A stretch of DNA of 64,000 nucleotides from Felis catus (Eukaryota). Position numbers and translations under genes: made by a program. Every line of letters starts with the position of its first letter. Position 1 is the stretch's first letter. Shown here one piece after another: positions 38,790 through 51,609 of the stretch. Under the pieces are notes generated by a model. It was not told the DNA's origin. It saw only the letters and a program-made list of their open reading frames with translations, and did not search any database. The DNA is taken from positions 19,532,001-19,596,000 of the forward strand of contig NC_058383.1 of assembly GCF_018350175.1 (NCBI RefSeq). The letters run 5' to 3'.

Positions 38790-39518
38790 GAGGGTCTGCT
38801 CTGTCGCACCCTGTACCCTGGGTGACCTCACCCATTTCTCCCCAAGATGGGTCACGCACCCCCACACCCTAGTCCAAACGGGAAACTCCAGCCCAGAGAG
38901 GGGAAGCGGCCGGCCCAAGGCGGCACAGCCCAGAGGCATCACAGTTAGGAAGCAGATCTTGACCCACCAGGCTCCCCCCAAACCTCCCCACACCCAGGAG
39001 CACGGTGGGCCCCCTCCATCCTCTTCCCCACCCCGAGAAGTGAAGAGGAACAGTATGGACGTCCTGCGGCTCCTGGAGGCCAGATCCGGAGGGCTGGAAC
39101 TCGGACGCCGCAGGCAGTGGCCTGGTCCCGCCAGGGCCGTGAGTAACCCTGGACCAGCCCCTCGGCACACGACCTGGGGCCACCCCATGTATCTGGCGAG
39201 GAGCGAGGCTGGCATCCCGTGCACACAGTCACGGATACATGTGCTTCTCACATCCGTACACACGGGGACCTCGTGTGGGCACAGACGTGTGTGGTCTCGG
39301 GCACGTGGCTTCACCGCGGCACGCTCCATGCCCTCTGGCAGCTGTGCTGGTCACACACGGACACAGCAGTGTGCACCTGGGTCGCCGTAAACACTGGGCC
39401 CGGGGGCCCCGTCGGGGGGACGGGAGGTTGCAGGCCGCTTCACCCTCCGGCCCAGGGGCCCCCAGCTCTGGCTCAGGGCCGAATGGCTCGGCCTGCTCCG
39501 GACGGCCAGTCGGCCTCG

Positions 39519-40283
39519 CTAGCTGGCCTGCGGCCCAGATCCCTCAGGTGGAGGGGTCATGACCACCCACTGGCGGAGATAGCTCCTGGGGGGCCCTGCG
39601 TCCCCGGGGCTGGCGAAGTCACACTCCACAGGGCTCCCGCAGTCAGAGCCCGCGAAGCCGCTGTCAAAAGTGTCCATGTCTAGGCCGGCCGGGGGCGAGC
39701 CTGCCTCGCTTCCAGGCACCCCTCGGGGTGGCCCGCCGCTCCAGGGCGGCCCCGGGGTCCAACCCGCCTCATCTTTGAGGGGCAGCTTCAGCCTGTCGAG
39801 GAGGCTGCCCAGAGGGCTGTCCGGCCCGCCAAGGCCACCAGTCGAGACGCAGCCGCAGGACAGGACTGTGGTCTCTGTGTCCAAGAGCGGGTCCCCAGTG
39901 CTCGAGCCAGGCTCCAGACTGGCGTCCAAGTTCAGGGCTGGGTAGCCATCATCTCCGCAGGTGCAGGACCAGGCACAGGGCCCCTCGGTGCCCGCCACGG
40001 TCACCGTATCAATGGACACGAGGCCGTATGGCCGGTCCCTCTCCTGGCTGTAAGCTGAGCCACCGAGGCTGCTGACGACGGAGTGGGCTGGGCCCCAGAA
40101 GCCCAGCTCGGGCACCCCGTCCGCCTCCACCAGGTCCGCGGGCTCCGGCAGCTCCGTGGGCTCCGGCCCCTTGCTGGCACCCTGCGGCGGGCAGCCGGTG
40201 TGCGTCTCCAGGGACGAAAGCGCCTCTGGGCTCCAGGGCACCAGCTCCAAGCTGGAGGCAGTGAAGGGCGTGCCCACCCATTT
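39519..40283 (-). CDS. IL21R: IL21R last coding exon, cytoplasmic tail with YLRQ STAT-docking motif
   Basis: tgtacag|AAA TGG GTG; in frame with ORF 39519..40502 to TAG. Confidence 0.95.
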   Translation of the reverse strand, partial: KWVGTPFTASSLELVPWSPEALSSLETHTGCPPQGASKGPEPTELPEPADLVEADGVPELGFWGPAHSVVSSLGGSAYSQERDRPYGLVSIDTVTVAGTEGPCAWSCTCGDDGYPALNLDASLEPGSSTGDPLLDTETTVLSCGCVSTGGLGGPDSPLGSLLDRLKLPLKDEAGWTPGPPWSGGPPRGVPGSEAGSPPAGLDMDTFDSGFAGSDCGSPVECDFASPGDAGPPRSYLRQWVVMTPPPEGSGPQAS

Positions 40284-41923
40284 CTGTACAAGAGAAAAGG
40301 GGCCGGTCATGACGGGACACGGGCGAGGACGGTGTGAACAGACACAGAGACCAGACAGAGACAGCAAGTGACGGGGACACCAGTAGATAAAGAGAGTGAC
40401 GGCGGCCAGAACCCTGGTGTGCCCCGTCCAGACACGCTCCTCACCACCGTCCCCTCCTCCGCGGGCCTCGGTCTCCCCACCTGCAGTGGCCTGCCAGACC
40501 ACTGGTGTTCAGAGGCCCGGGGCCTGCGTAGGGCCTGGGTAGTGGGGGCCAAGACTCCTGAGTGGCGGGGACATGGGGGCGGGAGGGCCTGAGTCCAGGG
40601 TGACAGAGCCGTGGCCTGGTCCCCCGGTTCACTTCCTCCGGGACGCTTCTCGATAATGACCATTTTCCTGTTGGTGTCCCCACTAGTGTGGACGCTTCGG
40701 GCACCAGCCTCGATTCTTCCGGTCGCAGCTGCATTCCTAGAGGCTCACACAGCGCCTCGCACACAGTAGGTGCCTAATAAATGCTTATTAACTAAACGAA
40801 CGCACAGAGTGAATCAGCGACAAGCCGCTTGGAAAGGCCTCTGTGCACTTAATGGGTGAAGGATATGGGGCGATGATAAACCGAGGCGGCAGCCCCCAAG
40901 CTTTGAGAATCCCCCTGCCCTCGCTGGCCGAGGATCCCACTCATGACACAGGGCCCCCACCCAATGGGGAGTGAAAATCCCTGAGGACCCGGGGCTCCCA
41001 GTTCGGGCACCTTCTGCCTCAGAAAACCCATCTCAGGACCCGGCTGAGGCCCCCGCGACTGATTTGAAATTACTTTGGCCTTTCTGTGCCTCAGTTTTCT
41101 CCTCTGCAAAACGGACCTACCAGTGGCACCGACCCCACGGGGTTGTTGCAAAGAGTGAACGGGTTCCTATCTCTGAAGCTCCCGAGGGTCGGTCGAGGGA
41201 GCACCAAACAGGTGCTCGAGCTTCAGGGCAAGTGCAGAGGGGAGACGAAAGTCTCTCTCCCGTGGGGGGGGGGGGGGGAGCCCGGGCCGCTCCCCTGCCT
41301 CCCTAAGGCCGTTTCCCCACCCCGAGCCTCAGAGCCTCAGACGGAAGGGGCAGGGGGCAGGGAGCGCTCAGTGCGGTGCCAGCCAGCCAGCAGGGGCTCA
41401 GCTACTGCTCTGGTCCGCGTTTCCTGACATCCAGGTTCAGACGGAGGAGGCGGGCTGCTCCCCTCCCCACCCCCCCCAACCCCCTCCCCGCCAGTCACCA
41501 CATCCTCTGTGCGGCGGGCCCTCCCACGCTGGGTGGGTGTCGAGCGGTAAATGGGCACAGAGCCCCGTGGGCGCCAGCAGGTGCCGGGTGGGTGGGGCTC
41601 AGCGGGAGATCCGCGTGTTTTGCAGGTAGGGCCAGAGGCTCCCCAGAACCCGCTCCCCGTCTACCTCCCTGTCAAGGGCTCCCGACAAAAGACCCAGGAG
41701 GCCAGCTTGTGGCCCAGCTGGGCTCCCTGGTCGGGAAATGCCGCCCGGTGTCATGTTATTCTTACAACCGGTCTGCCCCACCGGAATGATTTCCTGCACT
41801 TTGCAGGTGCGGCAACCGAGGCCTGGCTGGGGCCCCGGGGGCTCTGGGCCCACACCTGGTGCACGTACGCCCCCAGGGGACGAGAGGTTTCGAGGGGCCT
41901 GTCCGCGGGGGCAGGGCACTCAC

Positions 41924-42005
41924 CCTGAAGTCTCCGCTGTGGCTCACGTAGAGGGGCTGGAAGAACTGCTCTGGGCTGGGCACCTGTATCCACTCTTTAC
42001 ACAGC
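41924..42005 (-). CDS. IL21R: IL21R Box1 exon (LCKEWIQVPSPEQFFQPLYVSHSGDFR)
   Basis: ctcccag|G, AGG|gtgagt. Confidence 0.93.
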
Positions 42006-43008
42006 CTGGGAGGGCAGAGACAAGGTGAGAACCCAGCTCCCCAGCCCCCCAGAAGGCAGCCCGGCCTCCCGCTCAGGTGCTCCCCCCCACTTTGTCCCGC
42101 AGGAGACTCAGCCCCTCCCAAAACACACCCCGGCACCTCCCTTCCAGTCCTCTACTCCCGGGCCTCAGTTGCCACATCTGTAAAATGGGGGCAGGGAGTC
42201 TCGTGAAAGTGCCCAGAGTTTAAGTGCCTGACTGCTTATTCTCTGCAGGGCTGGTGCTGCCCCTTCTGAGCCTCGACTCCCTCCTCTGCCACCAGGGACG
42301 CCACAGGGGAGTGAGGAGCGGTCGGTGGGTGTCCGCACAGCACCCCGGCTCCCCGGCAGCCAGACAGTGCTCCGTGCTCTCCGCTGTTATTCGTGTCGCT
42401 CTCTCTCCCCCTCCAGCTTCCCTGCCTCTGGATGAAGACGAACGAATGGAACTGCGCCCGGGGCGGGTTGGGGGCTGTGGGGGCGCGGATCCCCTGCCCA
42501 GGGCTCAGCACGCGGCACCTGCATTTCCTGCCTCTGCCAGCAGCACTCATGAAGGCCAAGGGCGTTTAGGTTTTAACGTTAATCGGTGGCGACCTTCGAC
42601 AGAAACCTTTCACCCCCACCTGGCGGCCCCACGTGACCCCCCGCCCCCAAACCCCGGACTCAAAGCTTAAACTTCACCAGACGAGATCATAGCCTACGTC
42701 ACCGTCAGGAGCACAGGCTCAGCCCCTCTATTTCAGAGCTGTGCGGCTTTGGGCAAGTTCTTTGACAGCTCTGCGCGTCCTCGGTTTCCCCATTTGCGCA
42801 GTGAAGGTTGTCCCCGAATATCCAGCTCATAGGGCTGCTGTGAAGGGGTGAGTGGGCACCCCAGCTGCACCGTGCCCAGTCAACAGGAGCCGTTTCCTAG
42901 CTCCGTCACTGTCATTATCGCTGTCGCGATGACAGGTTGTGTCCCCCAACCGTGGGTGGGCACAGAGAGGCCGAACCCCTCCCTGCCTCCCCGAATCCCT
43001 GGCCTCAC

Positions 43009-43102
43009 CTCCAAGGCAGGTCGATCTTCAGGCCCAAGAAGACTATGACTACAATGACCAGGAAGATATACAGCAGGTAGATGTGGCCGTCTCCCTTTAG
43101 CT
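43009..43102 (-). CDS. IL21R: IL21R transmembrane exon (LKGDGHIYLLYIFLVIVVIVFLGLKIDLPW)
   Basis: ttcctag|AG, AG|gtgagg; hydrophobic helix. Confidence 0.93.
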
Positions 43103-43375
43103 CTAGGAAGGAAGCAGACCCTGGGTAAAATGGAACCAACCTCCAGCGGAGGCCACAGGAGGCTGAGGGGGGGGGGGCCAATGGGTCAGGGCTGGTGTGG
43201 GGGGGCATTGGAGGCTGCCGGTGCCTCGAAGTGAGATGGGCTGGCGGCCTGCTCCCACCCCCGCCCCAGACAAGCGACTTCATCTCTCTGAGCCTCCGTG
43301 TTCTCAGCTGCAAAATGGGCAGATGTCACCAGAGTGACTAGGAGCAACCGGATGCCTCACGGGAGTCCTACCCAC

Positions 43376-43553
43376 CTTCCGGCAGGGTGTGAAAGGTGAC
43401 TGGGTCACTCCACTCGCTCCACGTCCCCTGGAAGGAAGAGCCGGGCTGCGGCCCCGAGCGCACCTGGACCTCGTAGTCCGAGTCAAAGCGGAACTCCAAG
43501 GGAAGGAGAGAGACGCTCCTCGCGTCCACGGAGACCAGCTTTCTCCCCGGACT
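43376..43553 (-). CDS. IL21R: IL21R exon with WSXWS motif ([10 protein letters not shown]...[14 protein letters not shown])
   Basis: ccggcag|AGT, G|gtgggt. Confidence 0.95.
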
Positions 43554-44415
43554 CTGCCGGCACAGAAACAGGATGCACCGGGTCAGCCCAGGCCAGCCCC
43601 CACCGGCAGCAGAAGCACCCTTCACCAGCTGCCACGAAAGGGTCCACGTCTCTCCTGCAGAGTCCCTGCCCCCCTACGAGGACCAGGCTCAGCCTGAGTC
43701 CCGGCCACTGCAGGGTGGGGGCAACACGGAGCCACGGGCACTGCCTAAACCTTGTATGTCATACAACGCCTTGTTCTGTTTCTCTGTGACCCCAGCTGTC
43801 CTGGCAGGGGACCCTCGCCGCAGGGGCTGGGGACGCCCCAGGAGCAGCGGTGGCCCCCTCCCGGGAATCTCCACCCAGTGGGCACTTTTGGGATTCTCCC
43901 ACAGAGGGCCTTCTCAATAGCAGGCGTTTCTGGAAGCTTCAACCACAGGCATCCCAGCAACGGATGCCTCTGGACGTCTTCCCCTGGGGACCGTCCAAAC
44001 GACCGCATGTACGGAATTCTTCAACTGGGACCCCTCTGAAGGGTGGATGATTCTAGAGGTCTTTGGCCGCGATGGTTCTGAAGAGAGGGCCATTTGGGAT
44101 CTCTCCAACATTCTAAACAAGGACACCTCCAGAAGCCTTCAGCTGGGAAACAATGGTCCCTCTAACACTGGACGTTCTCGCTTATTGAAACTTCCAGCGT
44201 TCTTCAATTGTGGCCGTTCTAAGCCCAGCGGGAAGGTTCCGGATGGCGCCCATCTCTGAAACTTCCTCTACTGTGACCGGGCTCAAGGTGGAGCCCGGGG
44301 AAATGCCAACCCCTTCCTCTCTGGCACGCCGTCTCTAGGAGCCCCCTCCCCACCGCCAGCACCCAGGCTTCTCAGCCCTGTGCCTCCCCTCCCCTCTGTC
44401 CCCCGAGAGCCTCAC

Positions 44416-44561
44416 CAGCGCCCAGGGGTCTCCCTGCCTCCTGTACCGCAGCTCATGTTGTAGCTTGCCCTTCAGAGGATAGGAATCGTGATTGGAGTCC
44501 CAGGAGACGTTATAATGTTCCGAGAAGGTCACGGTCACATTGAAAGGGGGGGACGGCTTGA
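44416..44561 (-). CDS. IL21R: IL21R exon (KPSPPFNVTVTFSEHYNVSW...GDPWAL)
   Basis: ctttaag|TC, CTG|gtgagg. Confidence 0.93.
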
Positions 44562-46349
44562 CTTAAAGGAAAAAGCCAGAGAGATAAGGAGGGTGTGGTG
44601 GCGGGAAGAAGTTCCCTGACCCCGGGTGGCGATGGTGAGGTCGGGATCCGTGTCCCCCCCCCCCCAAGTGACTCTGGGGGAAACAGCCCCTGTCTCCGGG
44701 CCTCAGTTTGTTCCTCTGGAAAATGGGAGGTTTAGACTAGCCGGGGGCTGCAGCCGCAGGGGCAGGAGGGTGACAGGAGTGGGCAAAGCCTGTCTGGGGA
44801 CTGAGACCATGTAAAGGGCCCTCCCAGTGTAAAAAGGAGATGCCATCACTCAGGCTGGGCAGGACTGCAGACCAGGTGGCCAGAGATGGACAACCTGGAA
44901 TCCCAGACGGGGGAAAAGCTCTCTCAAGCCCTGAAGGAGCCACTAATCCAAAACCTTGCCAAGCAACATGTGAGCCAGAGGCACCCGTGCCTAGACATCA
45001 TTTCCGTTCTAAACGATGACATCATTTGCTCTCAGCTCCAGCTTCCCTGAGAAGCCCAAAGATTCTCCATTAGCATCGATGCTAATGAGCCATCGTTAAT
45101 ATTAATTGATGCTAACGTGCGATCGTTAATATTAATTAATGCTAATGACAAAAGCGATCACTTCTGTACAGGAGCAGAGGCACCACCCGCCCCTTCTCCG
45201 GGATCTTAGCTGCGTCGGGCAGAGGTTGTCCTCTCCGGGGTCAGTGTCGCGCCCACGGCTCCCAGGACAGGGCAGGAGCAGGATGTGCCCATGAGAAATC
45301 TTTGTAGATCAACAAATGAAACTTGCAGGGGCCGCAGGAAGGAACCAGAAAGGTGGGTTGCTGCCTCTCGCTCAGAGGCCGGAGGGTGGCCCTGCTCCAT
45401 GAGCTTGCCACGCTGAGATGCAGAGGGCCCAATGAGCATGTGCGTGCCCGTATGGGCGTGTGTGGACATGCACGTACACGCGTGTGCATGCATGTGCACG
45501 TGTCTGAGACAGTGTCTCTGTCCATGCTGTCCAGGCCAGGGTTGGGGGGACATCTGTGCATTTGAGGGTGTACTTATGAGTGTGTGTGTGTGCACGTGTA
45601 CAAGTGTGGGTGCGTCTGGATACGTGTGAAGCTTTGCTCACCCGCTGTGTGCCAAGTGGTGCAAACATGGACCCCCAGAGTGTGAATGACGATGGCCTCT
45701 TATCTTCTTGTCCCACCACCGGGAATCTGGGGACAGTAACTCCCAGACCTCAGGGGCTGAGCCTTCCCAAGGGCAGGTCCCTCTTGGCGGTCTGTCTGCA
45801 CGCCTCTGGGCACGGGGCTCTCGCTCGCTCCCTGGACCCTCCACTTTGGGTACACGCGCACGCACACACACACGCACACGCACACAGCTGCTTCCTATGC
45901 CCTTCTCCGCCCCACCCTGGCTCTGGACCCATAGAAACAACGGTTTCCACCAGGGTCCCTCCCTTCCTCCAGGGTGGAGGGAAATTCTGGGCCCCATAAA
46001 TGGGAGAAATCTCAGGGAAGTTTTTCCCTTGTGACAGTCTCCCCCGCTCGCCTCATGATGGGGGCAGAATCCCAGAGAGTTGGGATTTAAAGGGCCCTCA
46101 TTCTACAAAGAGTGAACAAGTCCAAGGTCACCTACAGGCAGGTCCTGGGCCCCGGGCCAGGCCCATTTCGTGCCTCTGCTGCCTCTCTCTGGTTAAGGCC
46201 CAAACCTGGTTATCAACCCAACACGACTTCACATCTGCAGAACAAACTCTAAGGGCAATAAGGACACAGGACAGGTTGGTTTCGATGATGGGGGAGGGCC
46301 GGCCCGGGGGGCAGGGGGACCTGTGCTCCGGGTCCCGAGGGATACTCAC

Positions 46350-46549
46350 TGCTCTTAGCCAGGACAAAGCTGCCACACTCCTGGGAGCGATTGCCGGACT
46401 GATCTGTCATGTTGACACTGAAAATGTCGTCGGCCATGAAGTGGAACACATCCATGTGGCACGTGTACTCTGTGTGTGTGGCATTGTGGGTGGACCGGCG
46501 GAGGCTGCAGGAGGTGACCTCGTCCACTAGTTCTCCGTATAGGTCTTGC
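46350..46549 (-). CDS. IL21R: IL21R exon ([16 protein letters not shown]...HNAT...[11 protein letters not shown])
   Basis: cttgaag|G, A|gtgagt; N-glycosylation sequons NAT, NMT, NRS. Confidence 0.94.
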
Positions 46550-47136
46550 CTTCAAGGACAGAGCAGCCGATCATGGCTGGAAGCCAGCGGGGCTCAGTGC
46601 ACAGGGCCAGGGCGGAGGCCCCGAGTCTTGGGGCTGGGCGGGATTTGAGGCGAGGCTGGGGGTCACCTGGTCTACCAACACTTTCCCAGGGAAGGTATTC
46701 CTTCCCCTGCAGCATCCCCGATGGGCTGTCTCCAGGCTTGGCTTGCATGCCTCCAAGGAACCGGGAACTCACCATCTCACAAAGGGCAGCAACTCTCAGC
46801 TTGCCTAGACTGAGCCTAAGTCTGTCCCTGTCAATTCCATCAACTGGATCACTGTCCTACGGGAAGGAGGCTAAGGGCCAAATGAACCTCACCCCCTGCT
46901 CTGGGTGAATTTCCAGGGAGGCTGTGGAGAATGGGGCTGGGGGGGCAGAATGCTCTGGCTTTTTAACTCCCACTGGGCAATAAACAATGGGTCTTGAAGT
47001 GTGCATAGGAGTTCGGCAGATACTTGTTTCCCTGCCTACACCTTCAGGCTCTGAACATGACCACCCTTCAGGGCCAATAGGGACGTGTGGACTCTGTTCT
47101 TTGCTAAATATTTCTTAGAATAGAAACGTCTGCTCT

Positions 47137-47377
47137 GGGGGCGCCTGGGTGGCTCAGTCGGTTAAGCGGCCGACTTCAGCTCAGGTCACGATCTCACGGT
47201 CCATGAGTTCGAGCCCCGCGTCGGGCTCTGGGCTGATGGCTCGGAGCCTGGAGCCTGTTTCCGATTCTGTGTCTCCCTCTCTCTCTGCCCCTCCCCCGTT
47301 CATGCTCTGTCTCCCTCTGTCTCAAAAATAAATTTAAAAAAACGTTAAAAAATTTAAAAAAAAAAAGAAAAAGAAAA
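47137..47377 (+). mobile_element. CanSINE with TSD AGAAACGTCTGCTCT
   Basis: Consensus plus TSD. Confidence 0.95.
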
Positions 47378-47399
47378 AGAAACGTCTGCTCTGGCCTCT

Positions 47400-47785
47400 A
47401 CCTACCTCTTACCTTCTTTGCTTGTTATTCTCGCTCACACTGACTCACTCTACTCGGGCCACGCTGACTTCCTCACTATTCCTCAAACTCGGCGGCTCTC
47501 CCTCCCTCTGGGCCTTTGCACGGGCAGTGCCCTCTGCCTGGAATGCTCTTTCGCCAGCTCTCCGGCTGCTTCCTCATCCAGAGCGGCCTGTCCTGACCAC
47601 CTGCCCCCATGTCACTTGCTCTGTACCCCCGTGGCCCAGGTTCCCGTTCCCTTTCATTGTTATCAGAAAACAGCCTGACAGTTGTTTGTGTGATTATTGT
47701 CTGTCTCCCCAGATACTTCCCACACTGCAGAGCTTCTGGGACCCCATTGGTCTTGCACTCTGCCGAGTCCCCCAGGGCCTGCAGG
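47400..47785 (+). mobile_element. LINE-2 fragment
   Basis: gggcctttgcacgggcagtgccctctgcctggaatgctctt is a typical L2 segment. Confidence 0.65.
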
Positions 47786-47787
47786 GG

Positions 47788-48090
47788 TGTAGCATTAATT
47801 ATGACAAGACTCCTGCTAAGTCAGGTGAGCCAGAATCCCCCCGCCCTGGATGTCTGACGAGGCTCCTCACTTCCCACCATCCCCCTGGGCGACACCTGAC
47901 CAGCCCGAGCTGCCGTCAGCAAGAACCCTATTAGGTCACTTAGCCAGAAACCCCCTTACCCTGGCCTCGTCCTATTGGTAATTTTCTATCCACTGACCCC
48001 ACCCCTGCTCCTTGGCTCTAAATCCCTGCTTTAGAGGGATAAATCCCACCATTCTTAAACGAGTGTCGTCAATGAGCTTTTCTTTCACCA
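47788..48090 (+). mobile_element. ERV1-like solo LTR remnant
   Basis: cagcaagaaccctattaggtca..taattttctatccactgacccc..ctgctccttggctctaaat resembles MER4-group LTRs as recalled; subfamily not assigned. Confidence 0.5.
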
Positions 48091-48690
48091 TACGGACGGA
48101 TGGGGGCCGCGCGGATTTTGGAATCAAGCGGCCTGCGTTTCAACCCCAGCTCCACCAGTCACCGGCTGTGCGACCTTGGGCAAGTTGCACAACCTCTCTG
48201 AACCCCGGAGTCCTCGTTTGTAAAACGGGAGCAATAATTGTGAGGACAGGAGGGGATCATTCACAGGAAGCACAGAGCAGGGAGGCACGGAGGGCTCAAA
48301 AAAAAAAAAAAAAAATCACGTGGGAGTCTGGTCATCCGCGGGTCTCAAATTCCAATTGGGCTTCCGTGGGCGAGAGAGTACGGCCTTTGGAGCTGGACCG
48401 AACTGCCCCGTTCATCTCTCAAGGGCATGCTCCGGACACGTCGGTGGGCCCCGTGTGGCCGTCCCTAAGACCGGCACGGTGATTCCGGGCTCACAGTCTT
48501 TCTTGGGGCTACACCACATGCTGCTGGTGACATTGCTGACAGGACCGTCCGGAGGTGGCGGCTGTTATCTTAATTGCTAAGCCACGTGCCCGGCACACAG
48601 TGGGTCCAGCTCGGCCTGTGGTCTCCCGCGGTCCCGCTCCACCCAGGCAGTCCCAGGGCCGGTGAGGCCCGGCGAGGCCCGGCCACTTAC

Positions 48691-48793
48691 CAGGTAAGGG
48701 TGAGCGTGCCTGGGTGGACGGTCCATGTCTCTAGGGTGCAGGTGACTGTCTTGAAGTAATCGGTGTAGCAGACGAGGTCTAGGCAGCCCCAGG
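48691..48793 (-). CDS. IL21R: IL21R exon (WGCLDLVCYTDYFKTVTC...LTLT)
   Basis: cttccag|CC, TG|gtaagt. Confidence 0.94.
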
Positions 48794-51609
48794 CTGGAAG
48801 GTTAGGAAGAGAGAGGCCGCGGTGAGGGGCGGGCCGGAGGTCGAGTGGAGCCTCACTCCTTCACCCCCTCGAGGGCTGGAGGGCGAGTGGAGGCGGGGAT
48901 CCCGGGGTCAGGACGAATGTGGCAACCCAGGAGCCACTGAGATGCGGGCTTGGGGAAGGGGGTCCCTGCCACCTAGGAGTCCCTTGTGTGACCCCCGAGT
49001 TTCAAGGCGAGCTATGGAGACAGGACGCTCTGAATGTGCAACGTGACAAACGAAGCGGCCCCCACCCCCCTCAGCCCTCTCTCCCCTGAGCCCCGTGTCC
49101 AGCCACCAGCTCTGTGTCCCTCCTGGCCAGTCCCCTTCTCGGTGGCAAATCCTGAACTCCCCAGACGCAGGGGTGAATCCGCAGGTCCTGCGAGAGGGAT
49201 TTGTGAGGTCACCGGGAACACAGCTGGAAAATGCCCCCAAGCCCCCAACAAGGAGGAGCCCTCTGTTTCACAGCAGCTGGTGCGGGACAGGGCGCGGACC
49301 TCCGTGGGGCCGGAAGGGCGTCAAAGGAGTAAGTAAACATCCCCCCCCAAACCAAGAAGCCTTCAAAAACTTTGGCCAAAACGTATTATCCTTCTGGCCA
49401 CACCGCTGCCTCCGCCGAGTGACGTGGGCCGTTTTGTTGGGAGATTTCGTGCTCTCCCACCCCCGACATGAATCGCTCCCCTTTATTCTAAAGGCGTAGG
49501 TGCAATTGTAGCCTAAATGCACCTACATGTTTGACAACACATCTAATAACCTTTAGCTTCGTTTTGTTTCGTAAGATCAAGGGCCAAGAGTCCTGTTTCC
49601 CCCGCCCCCAACCCCCCAGCTATTTACCAGAAATTTGTTCCCCTTTTTAAGCGGATTCATTCTTAGTGGCTATTTTCCTATTTGTCCTTCACTAATGAAG
49701 GCCCAAGGGGGTGGTGGGTACATTCCCTTCCTGGGCCTCCCTTCAGGCCAGATCTGCAGCCAAGGAGGCTGTTGCCAGAAAACCCTTCTTCGGCTGCCCC
49801 TGCCATCTTATAGATGAAGACCTGGAGGCTCTGAGACCGGACCACACCTCCAGCCACTCTGGGTCCGGGTCCGGGTCTGGGTCTGGGTCGCGGGGACGCT
49901 CACCCAGGAAAGGAAATTCTCATCTGAGCTACCGGCTGACATCCGCAGGCGCAGCAGACATTACTAATCGATCACGGCACTCTCTCCCCTGGGCGACCCT
50001 CAGAATCCTCCTCAACACAATTCTCCGTGTGGCCATCACCAAGGGCGCTGAGTTGTGGCGGGGAGTCCAGCTCTAGGAGGAGGCATCCCCCCACCCCCGG
50101 GGAGGAACCCAGGGGCCCCGCGCCGACACTTGGTGGTGAAAACCTCTTTTGTCTTGATCTTGGCAGGGCCTAGACCCCGGGGCCGCAGAAGCCACCGTGC
50201 TGGCCACGTTCATATACTCCTTGTTTATGCTCTAGTTATTCTCCCTCAGGGTTCCAGAACTTGGAGGGGAGCTGCCATTCCCAGCCAGGCTCGAGGTCAC
50301 CAGGGGACAAAGTTTGTCCCAAACTTAACATGAGACACTGGGGAGGGGACAGCAGCCACGAAGCCAGCGTGGATGTGCTTTCAGGGTCCCAGTCGCCTGG
50401 TCGGTAGCCCAACCCCCGGGCCACCCCTTGCCCCGGGTCAGCAAAGCGCGCAGGAGGCTGCGAGAGGCCGGAAAAGTGGACGTGTGACTCATGACTGCTC
50501 CGAGTCCCTGATTGTAAGCTGGGGACACTGGCCCCCGTGGAGGGTGTGGGAGTATGCGGGTGGCATCCCACCAGCACAGACCACGCTGCCTGCCCGGGGC
50601 ACTCAGTTAAAGCAGCAAAGCGAAGAGGCTAAGCCCACGGGGATGAGACAGACTTAGGGTTCCAGCAGCCTGGCTGTGTGGCTCTGGGCCTATCCCTCAA
50701 CCTCTCTGAGCCTTGGTGTCCTCAAGTGAGAACCGGATGTCCGGGCAGCACGGACTGCACGGGGCGGTGAGGTGATTCCCGGCACCCAGTACGCAGGGAG
50801 GGATTATTATTTGCACCCACGGGGCGTGGCCCCCTGGCGGGTGACCTAGCACGGGTGCTGGTCACTCAGAAGAGGAAAATAAAAGAGGCAGACATCTGTT
50901 TCCTGAAGAAACTATTTGAAGCTCTGGGTCTTTCGGTCAAAACCAGAGAGAAACTCAGAGTCAGCAGAGCAGCGGCCGAGGGACCCCTGCTTCCAATCCA
51001 GCCCCGCTGTTGAGCCTGGATGCCGCGTCCCGCCTCCTCCGGGAAGGCTTCCTGGATCTCTCAGCCCCGGCCGTGCCTCCAAGTCTAACCTCTGGCCTTT
51101 CCCAGCGCAGGTCTCTGACTTCTCTCCCTCCGAACTGCAGCGTCCTCTAGTCCCCTGGGGCGCCTTCCAGGGTTTGGCTACTTTGGTCTCCACCTCCCCT
51201 CCTCCCCCCCAACTGGGGACCATCCGTGCCTGCTGAGGATCCTGCGGTTGTTGAAAAACATCTCTCAGGAGAGCCAGTCCATCAAGACAAAAGGAGGTTA
51301 GCCCAAAGGCAGGACTTCCTCACTCCGAGGAGTGGCAGCTGCAGAGACGAAGGAGTCTCTTACCCCCTCAGGGGGACCCGAAGACCCCAGCTGTTTGCTG
51401 CAGAAGCCGGGCCGCCCGCGGGACTCAGCACCAACCCCTCCCGGCTAACAGAGCCCTGCGGTTGCGCGGGTTCAGCTTGACAGAGTGGGCTGGTCCAGCC
51501 CAAGCGGGCAGACACCACAGCCCCTGCCCCGGAGCTTCCAGCCATTCCCCGGGTCCCACAGGCCGGCCCGGTCCTCCCCACCCGCAGACCTGGGGGCGCC
51601 CCTACTCAC

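Noticed and set aside
38724..39683. + strand ORFs antisense to the IL21R 3' end (possible IL21R-AS1 counterpart)
   Set aside because: An antisense lncRNA cannot be supported from sequence alone, and the ORFs look random.
47112..47120. STAT GAS motif TTCTTAGAA (also TTCCGAGAA at 34864 and 44518)
   Set aside because: Isolated degenerate 9-mers occur by chance several times in 64 kb; no tandem arrangement.
49496..49526. Hairpin GTAGGTGCA-N13-TGCACCTAC
   Set aside because: A 9-bp stem is too short for a pre-miRNA and is plausible by chance.
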